A DNA stretch of 64,000 nt from assembly GCA_023213395.1 (NCBI GenBank), contig CM041465.1, positions 177,327,741-177,391,740 of the forward strand. Direction: 5' to 3'. This document shows, piece after piece, positions 1 to 13,754 of the stretch. Below the pieces are notes generated by a model. The model did no database searches. It saw only the letters and a list, made by a program, of their open reading frames with translations, and was not told where the DNA came from. The position numbers were made by a program, and so were the translations under genes. The first letter of the stretch is position 1, and each line of letters opens with the position of its first letter. Origin of the DNA: Cycas panzhihuaensis (lineage: Eukaryota; Plantae; Cycadophyta).

Positions 1-340
1 AAAGCTGAATATATTATTACTTTTGAGATAAACAAGGAGGTGATATGGCTTAGAAAATTATTGAATACATTAAATGCCACCCAAACAAGTTCTACTAGCT
101 TACATGTAGATAATCAATCTATAATCCAAATGGCTAAAAATCTTGTATTTCATGATCGTACCAAACATATAAGTATGAAAGTCCATAAGATTATAGAACT
201 AATTCATGATAGCATAATTCAACTGGAGTACTACCCCACAATAGATCAAGTGGCTGATATCTTCACCAAACCACTAAAGAGGGTGAAGTTTAAACAGTTT
301 TAAAAGTAACTTGTCCTTAAGGTCTCCAACTCTAACTGAT
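1..340 (+). pseudogene. Copia RNase H C-terminus (premature stops)
   Basis: KAEY..IWLRKLL..HVDNQS..FHDRTKH..QVADIFTKPL motifs. Confidence 0.9.
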
Positions 341-772
341 TAAAGGAGATGACAATAAGACCATCATACTCTATATCATTCATAAAAACCCCTTATGGGC
401 ACATAAGGATAAGAGTAAGTCTATGCTCTATCCCACTCATAAAAACCCCTTGTAGGCACGAAAGGATAAGGGTTGTATTATTTTAGAAAATTAGAACCTG
501 TCAAAACCTAAAAATGCATGGGAGATAACCAAATGGTATATGGAGACTTAGTAGATTTTAGCTACAAAATTTATTGTACTAATTGGCTATCTGGCTTCAT
601 TTAAAGAGTCATCTGAGCTAGGTTAATAGATTAGAAAATTTGTGGGTTTTCTTCCCTATAAGGGTTTTTTACAAAAGTGTCATAGTAGTTTGCTTTGTAA
701 GAGGCTTAAATGAAGACCTCATAAGATAGAATAAAATAGAATGAAATGACCTTCTACCATTAAAGGGGAGAT

Positions 773-1071
773 TGAAAAGGATTAATGTCACAAGGTCATT
801 ACATTAGTTGATTATTTCTAAAAAGGGTCTTAAGTGAACTTTAAATTAGATTACTTAAGTGAAATACACTTTTATGTGCATTATGTGTAATTTCATTTTA
901 CTTAACTCTAATGCTCCATCTCTCAATATAAAAGTAAAAGCTCAATGGAGGAGACTCATTCTTACCTCCCCATTTTATGAGAGTTACTCTCTTTCTCTTA
1001 AGTCTCTCTTGATCCCATGTTTGTCTTTGTATTTAGTGCATAGAGATGAAGGATGGATCCACTCTTTTTTA
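773..1071 (+). repeat. 3' LTR of Copia A (~300 bp; right end approximate, CA read as decayed to TA)
   Basis: Starts TG right after the PPT. The start resembles Copia C LTRs (TGAnnnGnTTAATnnCAnnAGGTCATTA). TATA-like CAATATAAAAG near 924. The partner LTR is outside the window. Confidence 0.6.
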
Positions 1072-3539
1072 CTTCCTATATAGCCCTCTTCTACTTCTCA
1101 ATATAAATATCATCTACTACTTCAAGATAGCATGTAGGTTCACCACTATTAAAAACTAAAGCAATAGAAATAGAAGGATTGTACCTTTAAGGCAGATGAT
1201 TGACTCATGTAAATCTTCTAATAGTTGGTAAAGGAGTGTCTATATACTCCTATGAATATGTTATAGATTCATCTTTAGAAAGCTCTTCCTACTTTTTCAT
1301 TTCTAAAGATGGTTGGGTCTTAAGCTTGACCTGTTGTTGTTCAACTTTTGTCTTCTATTCCACTTCAACTTCTACACTGTCTAATTTTAGTAAGGGAGAT
1401 TTATCAAACACAATATCTTTGTTAATAGTGATTTTATGGGTAGTAGGATCCAATAATCTATATACTTTCACACCATCTCTATCACCATAACTAACAAAGA
1501 TACATCTCTTAGATTTTAGGTCTAACTTTGAATGTTGACTTTTATTAGCCAATCGATAAGTATCACAACTAAAAATTTTCAATTTTGAATAGTCATATGG
1601 ATGTCCAGTCCATACCTCTTTAGGAATCTTATAGTCTATTGTAAGTGATGGTGACCTATTTACCAAATAACAAGTTATCTGAATAGCTTCTGCCCATAAG
1701 ACCTGCTTCACTCTTGTATTGCTCATCATACTTCTTGCTATTCCTAAGAGTGTCCTATTCATGAACTCAACTATGCCATTATACTACAGAGTATATCTAA
1801 TGCTCTTATATCTTTCAATCTGAACTTCTCTATAATATATCTCAAACTCCAAAAAGTTGAACTTGCCTCCATTGTTAGTTCTTAAGCATTTGATTGACCT
1901 GATAGTGCTCTTCTTAATTAGAGCCTTGAAGTACTTAAACACATTAAAAACTTCAAATTTCCTTTCTAATAAATAGACCTATACCTTTCTAGAGTAATCA
2001 TCTCTAAATGTGATAAAGTACAATGATCTTCCATAAGATGTTATAAGGGCTAGTCACCACACATCTAAATGTACATAATTGAGAACACCTTTACTAGTAT
2101 GACTCTCTACTTTAAATTTGAGTCTATAGTGCTTTCCAAAAATATAATGTTTATAAAAAGTTAAATTTGAAAGCTACAAGTTAGGAAGTAACTTATGGTT
2201 CATCAACATCTTAAGCCCTTTCTTACTCATATACCAAAGTCTCTGTTGTTATAATTAAGCTAGATCTTCTACAGTCTTTGATATTATAGCTGCATGGCTA
2301 ACATTTGTACTTCCCACCAAAATTTAAAAGTTTTATTTCTTTAAGGATTTCATAATAACTAAGGTACCATTTGATACCTTTAAAACTCTTTCATGACTTA
2401 TGTACTTATAACTACCAGAATCTAGTTCACCCAAGGAAATCATATTCCTTTTTAGATCAGGTACATATCTTACTTCAGCTAATGTTCTCATTATACTATT
2501 GAACATTTTAATTCTAATGCTACTAATACCCACTATCTTATAGGAAACTTCATTTCCCATAAGCACATCACCACCATTAAGAGGTTGGTATGATGAAAAC
2601 CAACTCTTATGTGGATATATGTGGTGTGAAGCATTTGAATCTAATAATTAATCATGATAATAATGGAAAACATTACAACTGACTAAGATATTATTATTTG
2701 TACCTTGATTTAACTCCACCTAATTAGCCTCCTTGGTAGGATCTTCTTTTTTCTAGAACTCTTTCTTTTTGTAGAAATCTTTCTTAAGGTGACCTATCTT
2801 ATTACAGTGCCAACATCTAAGCTTACTCTTCTTACCTTTTGACTTTCACCTCGATGTATCCCTGGAGCTTTGTCCTCTCTCAATCGTTCTACCCCTTGCT
2901 TTCATAGTTTCTGGTATGAAGGTTTTAAGACTAAACTTCCTCCTTACCTCTTATATCAGTAAAGCACTCATAATAGAATCATAGTCTAATTCATCTATAG
3001 TACTAATACTAATTAAGGTGATAATATTATCCTAAGATTCTAGTAATGAATATAATAAGATAACAACCTTATCCTCATCCTCAATCATGATATTGATACT
3101 AGCCAACTAGTAAATAAGAGTATTAAAACCTTTCTTCATCTGTAATGAGTACAACTAGCTCTTCAAGTAGATTTAATTTGTCACTGATTTAGTCATGTAT
3201 AAGCCTTCTAATTAGGTCCATAATCTTACTAATGTCTTCTCCCCTACCATGTTAAATAAAACTTCATCTACTAAGAATAATTGTATTGTATTAAGAGCTC
3301 TTTTATCTAGATCATCCCATTCGTCATTATCCATCCCTGTGGGTTTCTTTGATTTATCTCTCAGAGTTCTATACAATCCTTGTTATACCGGAACATCATA
3401 CGCTTTTAGCTTCCACAACTCGAAGTTGTTTTTGTCATTGAATTTATCCACCTTGAACTTTACATTTGTTAGTTTTTCTATTTAGTGTATAAAAAACCAA
3501 CACCAAAACCTTCACAAACTCACTACAAAAATAAAAGTG

Positions 3540-3551
3540 GCTCTGATACGA
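3540..3551 (-). other. Primer binding site (tRNA-iMet type, one mismatch) of Copia B
   Basis: Minus strand TCGTATCAGAGC vs canonical TGGTATCAGAGC, adjacent to the LTR end. Confidence 0.8.
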
Positions 3552-3553
3552 CT

Positions 3554-4213
3554 TGTTGAGAAAACTAGGTCCTAATAACCAAAAACTGCTACCAAAATCT
3601 AAACTATTTTATAACTAGTTATAGGAATTAAAACTGAAATTTAACATGCAAATTCTTAAACCAAAGATAATACAAGAAATAAATCAGAAAGCTAAAGCAT
3701 CACATATACACCAGATATAATGTGGTAAAATCCTAACAATATGCTAAGGAAACATCCACATAAGAAATGTATCGATCTTTATTATCCAAGAATGGAGAAA
3801 TATATATAATCTGTAGCATAATGCTCACAGTAGCAACAACTAGCCACCTCTTCTTAATATAGTACATCTAATATATTGAATACCATCAACATAATGAAAA
3901 AACACCCTAAATCAGGCTATATAAGAGAGTCATATAAGGTACAAATCTTAACCATCAAATCAGGGGTATTTTGAATGAACGATCCAAATTTTTTTTACAA
4001 TTTAGTATGTTTTATAGCACTAACTTTTTGGGTGAGGGGCTACTGCCATCAAACCTGCTCTTTAGGAGGGGGGTTCCAGCTCCCCTCGCATCCCCCAACT
4101 AAGGGGGGCTCCCACCCTTATTAGATCCCCTTGCAAAAGTTTAGGGGACGACACTGCACTGCTCATCTATCAAATTTTTTTCCTTTAAAATATTATTATC
4201 ACATTATCTAACA
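3554..4213 (-). repeat. 5' LTR of Copia B (~660 bp)
   Basis: Plus-strand TGTTGAG...CTAACA termini next to the PBS. Tat-derived sequence resumes after 4213. Partner LTR not in window. Confidence 0.7.
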
Positions 4214-4359
4214 GCAACTAATGAGGGTGAGGCAATGAGGCATAATGATGGTATACATCTTAACATACCATCTTTTTCCTTTTAAGTATAATAATTGATA
4301 TATATTTAATTTTCTATTTTAATTAGTTTAGATTTCATATCATATCACGATGATTGTAG

Positions 4360-4860
4360 GGACTTCATACAAAAGTTCACCCAATAGATCATTGACAGAC
4401 TATTTACCATGGTTTATATGGAGGGGAAACCTCCTTTAGTAGGTAGTGGCAAGGTAGTAATCACATGACCATGCACAATTGTATTTGCTCCCTTAGTCAG
4501 GGTATCAAAGGAAAGAGGTAAGTTATAAGTTCATATCAGGGAGTTAAAGGGTGGCCAGAGGGAAGAAGGGGTATTGGTAGTCATGCCCCCACTATAAGTA
4601 GTTCATAGAGTAAAGACATAAATTATTGTATTGTAACTTAGTTAATGAAGGTGAGGTGAGAGAGGGGCTTGCTATAAATGAGGTATAATCACTTGGTTAA
4701 CAAATTTACTAAGAGGTCTTTATAGATTCATACTCAGACACAAATGACCACTCCACAGTAGAGACACGAGGATGAGGAGAGCTATGCGAGGCTATCACAT
4801 CATCTTAAGACTGCCTTAGCAAAGAGCTTAGAGACATCCTAGGGAGGGACCATGGGAGGA
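4360..4860 (+). pseudogene. Last exon of antisense accessory (PMD-linked) gene of the old Tat element, degenerate
   Basis: Translates to YMEGKPP (4415), FAPLVR and RYNHLV (4681), matching YMEGQPP, FTPLVR and RYNHLV of the younger element. Preceded by a GT..AG T-rich intron at 4251-4359. Confidence 0.7.
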
Positions 4861-5849
4861 GGGGAGATAAACAATAATAGTATGATGTACTATAGGGGTT
4901 TATGAGAGGTAAGTTAGGCCTACAAGGATTAGGGAGGGTGTATTATGTAGCCCATTAGGTGATTGTACACCCTTGTAAGGATACCAACTCTCTTGACATA
5001 CTTATTATACACACATCTACTTTTTATGATGATATAGAGATACATGGTAGTTATCTTGAGATCCCAATACTTGGTTCTTATTCTTATTTATTATTGTGGA
5101 TGCATACTGATCACATCTGGTTGCTTGGGATAGGGTTTTAATTGCTTTTATGCACTTTGTGGATTATGCATCATGGATGACATTATAACACACACACAAC
5201 ACATAAAAACACAATCAATAAAATCAATAAGGTGCATGGAACTCATGATATGTGATTAAGAAGCACTAGTTTATACTCTTAAAGGAGTCCAATGCACCCT
5301 CAGGCATTATCCATAAGGGAAAGATGGCTCATAGTAGAGCAAACGATGCCATGATAGGCAAGGGATAAAATCACATCACACAGACATATGTATATGAAAG
5401 ATTAAATATAGTTTATACTCTTTTCAAAGTGAATTGGCAGTTTTAGCTACTACCATAGTATAAGGCCCCCGATTAGATACCAAAAGAGAAGGACCCTATA
5501 GGCACGGGGATAAAGGTAACAAATAATAATAATTTATGCTCATTTTAGAGCAAAATGAAAGAGAAACAAAAATAAACAAAGTCTATATAGATAATGAAAG
5601 AAAGCTGAGGATTTTTTTATGATTTATTTTATTTTATTTTATTGTGAACTTTATGATTTTCTATCTTTTTTAATACTATTTACAAGTGACAGTTTATACT
5701 TATGATGGAGTATAACTTAGTTTATGCTTATGGAGGGCCATGGTACCTCCATAGGATGAATCTCTACTTATGGAAAAGGATTGAATGACTCGATAGGTTG
5801 AGCACAAAATGTGCCCCCAATGGGGACAACACGTAACATAAAATGAAGG

Positions 5850-8330
5850 TAATTTAGGTTCATTTCAAAGTCAGAATACCCCTAATGAGAGTAAGATCAA
5901 TTATAGAATTTTTTAAGGAATTGTCCATTGTCAGCTTCCTCAAACTCAAGGCCCTCTAGTGTCACAATGTGATAGGCATTGTTAGTTATGTTTTGTAGGA
6001 TGAAAAATGGTCTGACCTACTTGGGATCAAATTTCTAAAGACACTTATGCAAATACTCAAGGTTAAGGACTTCGTCCCTAAGGGAAAATTAGGTCAGTTA
6101 CAAATGTTTATTATGGGCTTTTTGGGCCTTATATTTTAATGCCAAGTTTACTTAATATGCAATGAGACACTTCTCATCTAATACCTCAAGGTTAAGGAGA
6201 CAAGCCTGACAATGCCATTCCTCATTAGCGAAACCTTTTAATAACACCCTCAGAGACAAAATTTCCACCTCAAGTGGTGAGATGACCTTTGATCCATAAA
6301 CCATAGAGAATAGGGTCATGCTTATGGCTATCTAAATGAATGTATAATAAGGCCATATAGTAGGGTAGATCTACAAGTGCTAGTCTTATTAAGACTTAGT
6401 GATGATTTTCTTTAAGATATTGATCAAAGTATTATTGAAGGCTTTGATCAAGTTGTTTGCCTAAGGGTAATAAGGCAACATTATTTTATGGGAGACATGA
6501 AATTTTTAATATAGCTTATCCACTTCCTTGTTACAAAACAGAGTCATATTATCCATAATTAGGACACCATGAACCCTAAAGTGGCAGATGATATGTTGAA
6601 AAATGAATGTAGCAGCCATCTTGCTTGTGGTCAATGAGAGGGAGATTGCTTTTGCCCACATGGCAAAATATTCTATGGCCATCAAAATAAATTTATGTTA
6701 AGTAGAGGACAAGGGTGTAATAGCCTTGATCAGGTCTAGGCCCCATTAAGATTCTTTTGGTTATTGAATAGTCACAAAATAGCCTCCACATATACTATTG
6801 TGGTACTTATAGAGAACTTGACTGGTTTTACTAGGTTGATACATTTGAGAAGGATCCCCTCAAATAATCGCTTATAAAGTACATCTTGAACAAAGTAATA
6901 CTATTAGGCAATAGCCCTTATATACTATCTAACTTTGTCATTGGCATATTTAGGGTAAGTCTGGTGAATGATATAGTAGACAATGTCACCATACCATCTA
7001 TCATCAATAGGCCCTTGGTTCTTAGTTTTCTATAGATGAAGATAATCTTGTTAGCTAAAGAATCATTAATTACAATATTAGAATGATTTAGGAGGGATGT
7101 ATGAGTGAGTTGGTCAACAATGACAATCCCTATTTTAGACTTTCAATTGGCAATCCTAAGATTGTATTCTTGTAAAGGACAACCCATTTCCCAATTTAAT
7201 TTATTAGGTTTAACTTTATCATGAGAAATTGAAGAGGGTTAGACTATACTATGATGTTTATGATCTTGCCTAAGAGATAATATCTCAATTTCTTAATGGT
7301 AAATACTAAAGTTAAGCATTCTTTCTTAGCAAGGGTATGATTGGTCTCGCCAGCCACTGATGTCTAATTAATAAAGTAAATAAGTTGTTTAGTTACAGTA
7401 TCATCATCTTAGTCTAGCATGGTAGTCATGGATTCATTTATTAAGGATGTATATAGGATAAAGGGTTGAGTAAACATGGGGAGGGCCAAGGTAGGGGTTA
7501 AAATGAGAGCCTATTTTAGCTCTTGGATGGTAACCTAGGCTGTTAAGGTCCAAATGAAAGGAACCTCCTTCTTGAAGAGATTTATAAGGGGTTCAACACT
7601 TATGTAAAAGTTTGCAAAGAACTACCTTAAGAAACCTAATTGGCCCAAAAAAGATTTTATCTATTTTTATGTTTTGGGTAGGGGCATCTCTAAAATTACT
7701 TTAACCTTGTTAAGATCAATTTGGATCCCTTCTTATAACATAAGAAAACCTAATAGTTTGCTACTTGTAATGATAAAAATACATTTATTCAAATTAAGAT
7801 TGACATAGAAGTTTCTACACCTTAGAAAAAAATTTCTTAAGTCGACAAGGTTATTGCTCATCTTGTGTGAGAGGCCTAACAAGTTGTCCATTAATACCTC
7901 AAGAATTTTGTTGATAAGGTCATGGAAAATGAAATGCATGGCTTTCTGGTATGTTGCAATAGCATTTTTCAGGCCAAAGTTCATTGTTATGTATGCAAAA
8001 GTTTCCCAATGGGTGGTAAAAGCCATGTTATTATGGTCTTTGGCTAACATTTGGATTTGGTTATAACTCGAGAAGCCATTCATCAAAGACATGACCTTGA
8101 AGCCTATTATCTTATTGATAATTTAATCGATGAATGGAAGCAGAAAGTTATCTTTGAGGTATGCATTATTTATATTATTAAAGTCGATACAAATATGTAT
8201 GGCCTCATTTTTCTGTGCTACTAGTACAATGTTAGATACCTATTTAGGGTAGCCAATTGATGTGATGAGCCTAGCATTATGTAACTTTTCTACCTCTATC
8301 TTTATAGTTATTAATAATTTTAAGTGGATT
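5850..8330 (-). pseudogene. Old Tat pol: RT, RNase H, integrase (many stops and frameshifts)
   Basis: Gypsy RT motifs (ICIDF..INNAYLKDNFLLPFID; FGLKNA; FLGQLGF). RNase H ECLTLVFTIKKLRYYLL. Integrase follows within ~150 bp. Confidence 0.85.
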
Positions 8331-9534
8331 GGTCATTGCTTTTGTCAAACAGGCTTGGCTTTAGGATTCATGATAAGGTTACAAGTAATGACCTTGGGGC
8401 TTATACCTTTCATATCAATGTAGTCCCATATGAATATATCTTGGAATTCCCAAAATATATTAGTATACTATTAGACCTCCTTAAGGAAATATTCTGCTCT
8501 AATTTTAATAGTGTTACCTATGACAAGGTTGATATCCAGTTTCCCCTAATAAGAGAATGTTCTCCTCCTCAAAATGAGGAAGGGCCTAATTAATAGGCTT
8601 GTTGGGAGGAGACTAAATATTTTCTAGATCTACGAGGGGGTAGCCAATGGCCAAACACTTCTAAAACCCTAATTTATAGTGGTTTGGAGGGAGATTGGGA
8701 TATGTACCAGCTAGGTGCTCTACCGGGGCTTCATCATTTTAAAAATAGTCTACTCCATGGATAATTTTAAGCATAGGGAGGTGACTAATTATTAATCAAG
8801 AGGATTCATATATTTATCAACTTCCTAGTTGATACAATGAGGGGATTCTTTAGACAAATTTGAATAAAAATATAGGATATGGCCATATGGGAATCATTTA
8901 AGGTAAGAAGTAAGAGGAGAGATGTTTGGTCATGCTCTAGCTTAGAGTCAAAAATAGGAGGGTCATTAGGCTCATAATAAAGGCCAACTAGGAGTGGCTT
9001 ACAAATGATGGACTCATCATAGTGAAAGAGGGACATAGACTCACCCTCTAAATCATGGATAGGAGGGACTTCGTCAAGGTCAAGCTTTATGACAATAAGG
9101 TCTAGAAAATCCCATATGCACTGAACCGTGTTAATAGATTGCGGTGGGAGGGATGAATATTTATTAGCACTAGATGAGGGCCTATACTTAGGAGGGAAAT
9201 AGATGGGGGTCTCAAAGACCTTATCTAAATAGGCAATGAACTAAGGGACATCCCCTTAAAAGGTTACTTAAATAAGAGGAAGAAGGATAGGCCAAACCAT
9301 GTTGTATGGCTTAGGAGCTTCCTGGGGATGATCAGGATGGGGGTTATGGACAAGTTGATTTAAATGGTAGGTGAGCTAAGCTTGCTAAAAGGGGGATATC
9401 CTATAGGATGGATATAATAAGGGCTGAGTTCATGGGTTCTTAATAGGATTTTATTGAGGTTGAGACAAGTGGGGGCTCCCAGATAGGGAACAAAAGAAGG
9501 GTGACCAAAAGGAGGGAGAATATCCTCATGGGAT

Positions 9535-9840
9535 TGATAGATGTTAATACATCAAGATCATTAGATTAATTATGTGAAGCTGACTTTAGGTTAGCTAATT
9601 CACATAGATAAATATAATTTCATTTACATTTAAGTGTAATTTTAGGATCATGACATTAGGCGAGAAACTCCTTTAGAAACCCTAATACACATCCTCTGTT
9701 ACATAAGGTTGAATGTGAAAAGGAGAGTAATAATTATCATCTCTCATTTTTGCTCTTAATCCTATTCTCTTAATTTTTCTCTTATTATGTGCCATTGCTT
9801 TAGTGTAGTGGAATGTGGCCACTAGATCCTTCACCTAACA
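9535..9840 (+). repeat. 5' LTR of Copia C (306 bp)
   Basis: Ungapped alignment to 39789-40094, about 39 mismatches by manual count. Confidence 0.95.
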
Positions 9841-11895
9841 ACTAGTATCAGAGTCATTATTGGTCACATTTCCCCACTAAGCTTGCACGAAACTATTAAT
9901 ATCTCTCACTCACAATTCATATGAGGTTGAGAGTTTATTTGAGAATTATTTTTTGTATTAGAGAGCTCAAAATTATATTATTTTATATCTTACCACTTTC
10001 TCTATGTGTGTAAAATTTAAAAGGTGAAAAAAATAGATTTTTAAAGCCATTTAGTTACTAGAATAGCCCTAGAAGCATTGAAGGCCTAAAATTTTATTAA
10101 AAAATTGACTATCTCAGATTCTAATACAATTTGATGTGTAGGGTCACCTTTTTAAGAGGATCAATTTTGTCTTCTAGAGTAGCTTTAGATTCAACCCATA
10201 ACAACTAGTTTTAGTTGAAACAAAAGGCTAAAATTTATATATGAGTGACTTAGGGCATTTTCTCAATGAAATCCTTTAAATATTAGCAAAAAATCTGAAA
10301 GTTTTTTAGAGGAATTAAATAGATTTATATCTTTGGAGAATTTTAAGATAAATTTTATCAAATTTCATCCATCAGTTAATGGGATCTTTGCAATTTTTTT
10401 ACGAATGCTAAATTTGCCTCTTCAACCCAACAAAAAATATTACAAGGGTATTTTGGGTAGTTTTTTGGTTATTTTTAGAGATGATGCAAAAGGAAATGTT
10501 GATGTATGTATTAAGATGAAGTTTTTTATATATTAAAGTTTGGACTCTGAGATAGTGAATCTGACAAGATTCTACTTTTACATTTTTTTAGGGTAAAATT
10601 TTTTTATGGATTTTTAGAAATCTGACTTCACTATCTTATAAAAAATGGTATTATAAACACATTTTTCTTCTTTAATAAATTTAAATTCCATCATTTAGGC
10701 TTCCATATTTGTAATTTTTAGAAAATTTTACCTATTTATTATTATTTATAAATTTTGTGAGAAAAAAAAATTACAAAATAAGGCAAAATAACATGTATCT
10801 AGATTTATAAAAGTTAGCATTTTAGTGGCAAGTTGATTTGCTTTTAAGCCCTTTGTGGCTTTTGTATTAAAATTTCTAAAAATATATTTAGAAATATTGT
10901 ACTAAAGCAAGGGAAACCTTAGATCAAAAGCAACATCTAGTTCCCCTACTAAATCTAGTATGCTCTTTCTATTTCTACACATAACATAAAATAAAACATA
11001 AAGCAATAACAATAACAAATCAAGCATGAAAGGCAAGCAAGTACATTTAGCATCTTTCTAGTTCAGTTTTTAGTTATTTAGAAATAACTTATATTATTTC
11101 TTAAGAGGAATTTCATCCATGACTTATACCTTCAGTTCTTGACTTATGCGCATACTCACTTTGGTTGAAATAGATCATGGTTGGCCGAAGTCTAGGCCCT
11201 AAGAAAGGTATAAATTTTATACTACGTCTGGTCTTAACTGGAATAGTGGTGAAGGGACAAGTTAGCCATGCCTACAGCTTCTAATTAGGGATAATCCTAA
11301 TAACTACTTAGGAAAACTGAAAACTTTAATCAAGATTAAAATATACTTGGTCCAATATCCATCATAACCATAGGATACACACATATTATTTGACTCTTTG
11401 GAGAAGGTATATAGCTGCTCACTAATGAACTAAGTCAGGACTGGAAGTACCTGGACTCCATTGTGACTTGGATTTTATTATCAAGCACAGGTGCAAGTAT
11501 CACAGGTGAAGGCCCTAATATGTATACTAGAAGCCCCCTTAGGCATTGCCATCTCAACTACTGTGGACTTGAGATAGAGGTTTAGGTTTGATCATACATC
11601 CTACATTAGACTTGGTTTTTTAGTTGTGTGCACCCACATGTCAGCTTCTACATGGGCATAATCTTGATTTTATAATCATATGACACATCATTTATCCTTT
11701 TGATCCTTATATTACCATTTGCACATCATAAAACCTTATTGCATGAGGAGTATTTGCCATAAGTGTTAGTGGCCCATTATCATTACTTGTAACTTAATCA
11801 TATTTCTCCCTACTACACTAGTTGTATTAGCCACACATGTTAGTGGCATTTTTATTTACTATTTCTTCACTCTCTTTTATTTCATCATCTTTACC

Positions 11896-13754
11896 ATGTC
11901 TTCTTAATTTAAGCAAAATGTAAACTACATCTTAAAAGGAAAAGATAATTGGGATTTATGGTATACTAGAGTCAAGAATGCTACAAAGTATGAAGGCCTT
12001 TGGAGAGCCCAATTGCAGCTTACACCCACCATACTTGCAATAGCTACAACACCTACTTCTGATAGAACCACTCCAATAGCTCCTACAGATGTTGTAGCCA
12101 AATTACAATAGGAGATAGATGATGAAAAGATTTATGCAGGAATTCTATTGGTTACTAATCACTCCTTGAATAACTTGATTAATGAAGAGCAACATGATAC
12201 AACCTAGAAAGTCCTTGAAGTTCTCAAGAAGAACTTTGATACTAAGTCAAACTTAGAATTTGTTTATCTTATTCTAAAAATAAGCAGATTAAAAATGTAG
12301 AAGGCACGAGCTCATGAGATAATAAATCTCCTTTGACCAATAAAATAGGTAATTGATAAAGATTTTAAGACTCAATGCATCACTTGTACATTCTTAATCC
12401 AATCATATTTACATGTTCCTAATTACAAAATTTAATCATGTCTATATGTCTCTGATTAATTTGCTTAGAAGTCTTCAATTTAGTGGAACATTAAAGATAC
12501 TTAATTTTGAAACACTTGTTGAAAAGTTTATAGAATTTGACAAGACCTTTGATACCAACTTTGTAGCCTTTGACTCTCTTCCAAATGTATCTTTTAAGGT
12601 GGAAGAAGAAGCCTACTACATAAAGAATCAAGGTCCCTCTCATGGTAGAGGAAATAACTAAGCAAGAGGAAGAGGAAGAAACATGGGAAATCGACCACAA
12701 GGTTAATAGAACCCTTAACAGCAACAACCTATATAGTCTCAAGGCCAAGTGCCACCTTTTAATGTAAGATAGTCAGGCCAAACTAGTACTTCAAGAAGTA
12801 GAAATTAGATTATCATGTGTGAAAGGTGTAATAGGAAAGGGCACCTTACAAAGGATTGTCATATACCTGCATATAAGTTGCTTAAGTTTCAACAGAAATA
12901 CAAGGCTCACAATGTTGATGAAACATGTAAAGAACAATTTAGTGGTATAGATTTTACTTAAGCATATATTGAAAGACTTAAGGGAAGAACCATCAAACTA
13001 AGAGGTATTTTGAAGCTCGTTATGGCTATGCCACTTATGATCTTGAATCACCAATGCAAACCCCACTTGGAGTTGCAAATAACATAACTTCAAACACCTC
13101 CTCATGGATCATGGATACAGGAGTGACACAACATATGACCTGTAATCATGATCTATATCAAACTTTTGATTCCAATATATATGGTGTTGTTTACATGGCT
13201 TACAAATCCCAATAACTAGTCAAAGGTATTGAAAACATATGCCTAAAACTCCTAGACTTGAGAGACTTTATATTACTTGATGTCATGTACATTCCTAATC
13301 TAAAACAAAACCTACTTTCCTTATTCACTCGTCTCCCATGGATTCGATCTTAGTGTTACCACAAATGACTAAACTCTCCAGGTCATTTACCCTCTAACAA
13401 ATCAAGTGGTCTTAATTGGAAAGTTTACTGGTAAATTATTTAAGTTGAATGACTCCCCATCTTTAAAAGTTGATTGTGCTTAAAGCCCTTGTGCTAATGA
13501 AGACTTTACTTTTAATATCACTTTGACACATCCTAAGATATCCCTAGAAGTTCTTTGGAATGCTTGCATGGTCCATATTCATATCAATTAGCTTAGAGAT
13601 TTTTGTTATACCCTTCCAAATTTACCCAAGTTCTCCTCCAAGCCCTTTAAATGTGAAGCAAGTATCATAGACAAATCTCATACACAACCATTTATTGATA
13701 GATAGTGGAAATCAAGTCATCCTCTTCAATTGGTATACTTTGATCTATGTAGAC
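11896..13754 (+). pseudogene. Copia C gag / protease / integrase N-terminus (degenerate)
   Basis: ILKGKDNWDLWYTRVK, CCHC knuckle, WIMDTGVTQHMT protease, VMYIPNLKQNLLS. Ends at PLQLVYFDLC, where the Tat element inserted. Confidence 0.85.

Larger units (their letters stand above)
1..1071 (+). mobile_element. Ty1/Copia element A, 3' end (RNase H, 3' UTR, PPT, 3' LTR), inserted in Copia B
   Basis: ORF 40-303 has the Copia RNase H tail (VDNQS..AKNLVFHDRTKHI..DQVADIFTKPL). PPT-like TAAAGGGGAGAT at 761-772 precedes TG at 773. Region 1-770 is collinear with 39020-39790 of Copia C. Minus-strand Copia B coding sequence resumes at ~1072. Confidence 0.85.
1072..4213 (-). mobile_element. Ty1/Copia element B (Tnt1/Tork-like), 5' half: LTR, PBS, gag, protease, integrase
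   Basis: Minus-strand integrase MNRTLLGIARSM..LWAEAIQITCYLVNRSPS..KLDLKSKRCIFVSYG (1355-1762). Protease-region LMGN..IVGISSIRIKMF..VRYVPDLKRNMISLG (2333-2566). gag start KFKVDKFNDKNNFELWKLK near 3400-3470. Degenerate iMet PBS at 3540-3551. Confidence 0.9.

Noticed and set aside
367-470. Short direct repeats as a CRISPR-like array (also 20819-20904, 39389-39495)
   Set aside because: Only two tandem copies, no unique spacers, eukaryotic TE UTR context.
11422-11490. CTAATGA followed by a stem, as a decayed hammerhead ribozyme core
   Set aside because: No GAAA after the stem and no convincing stems I/III.
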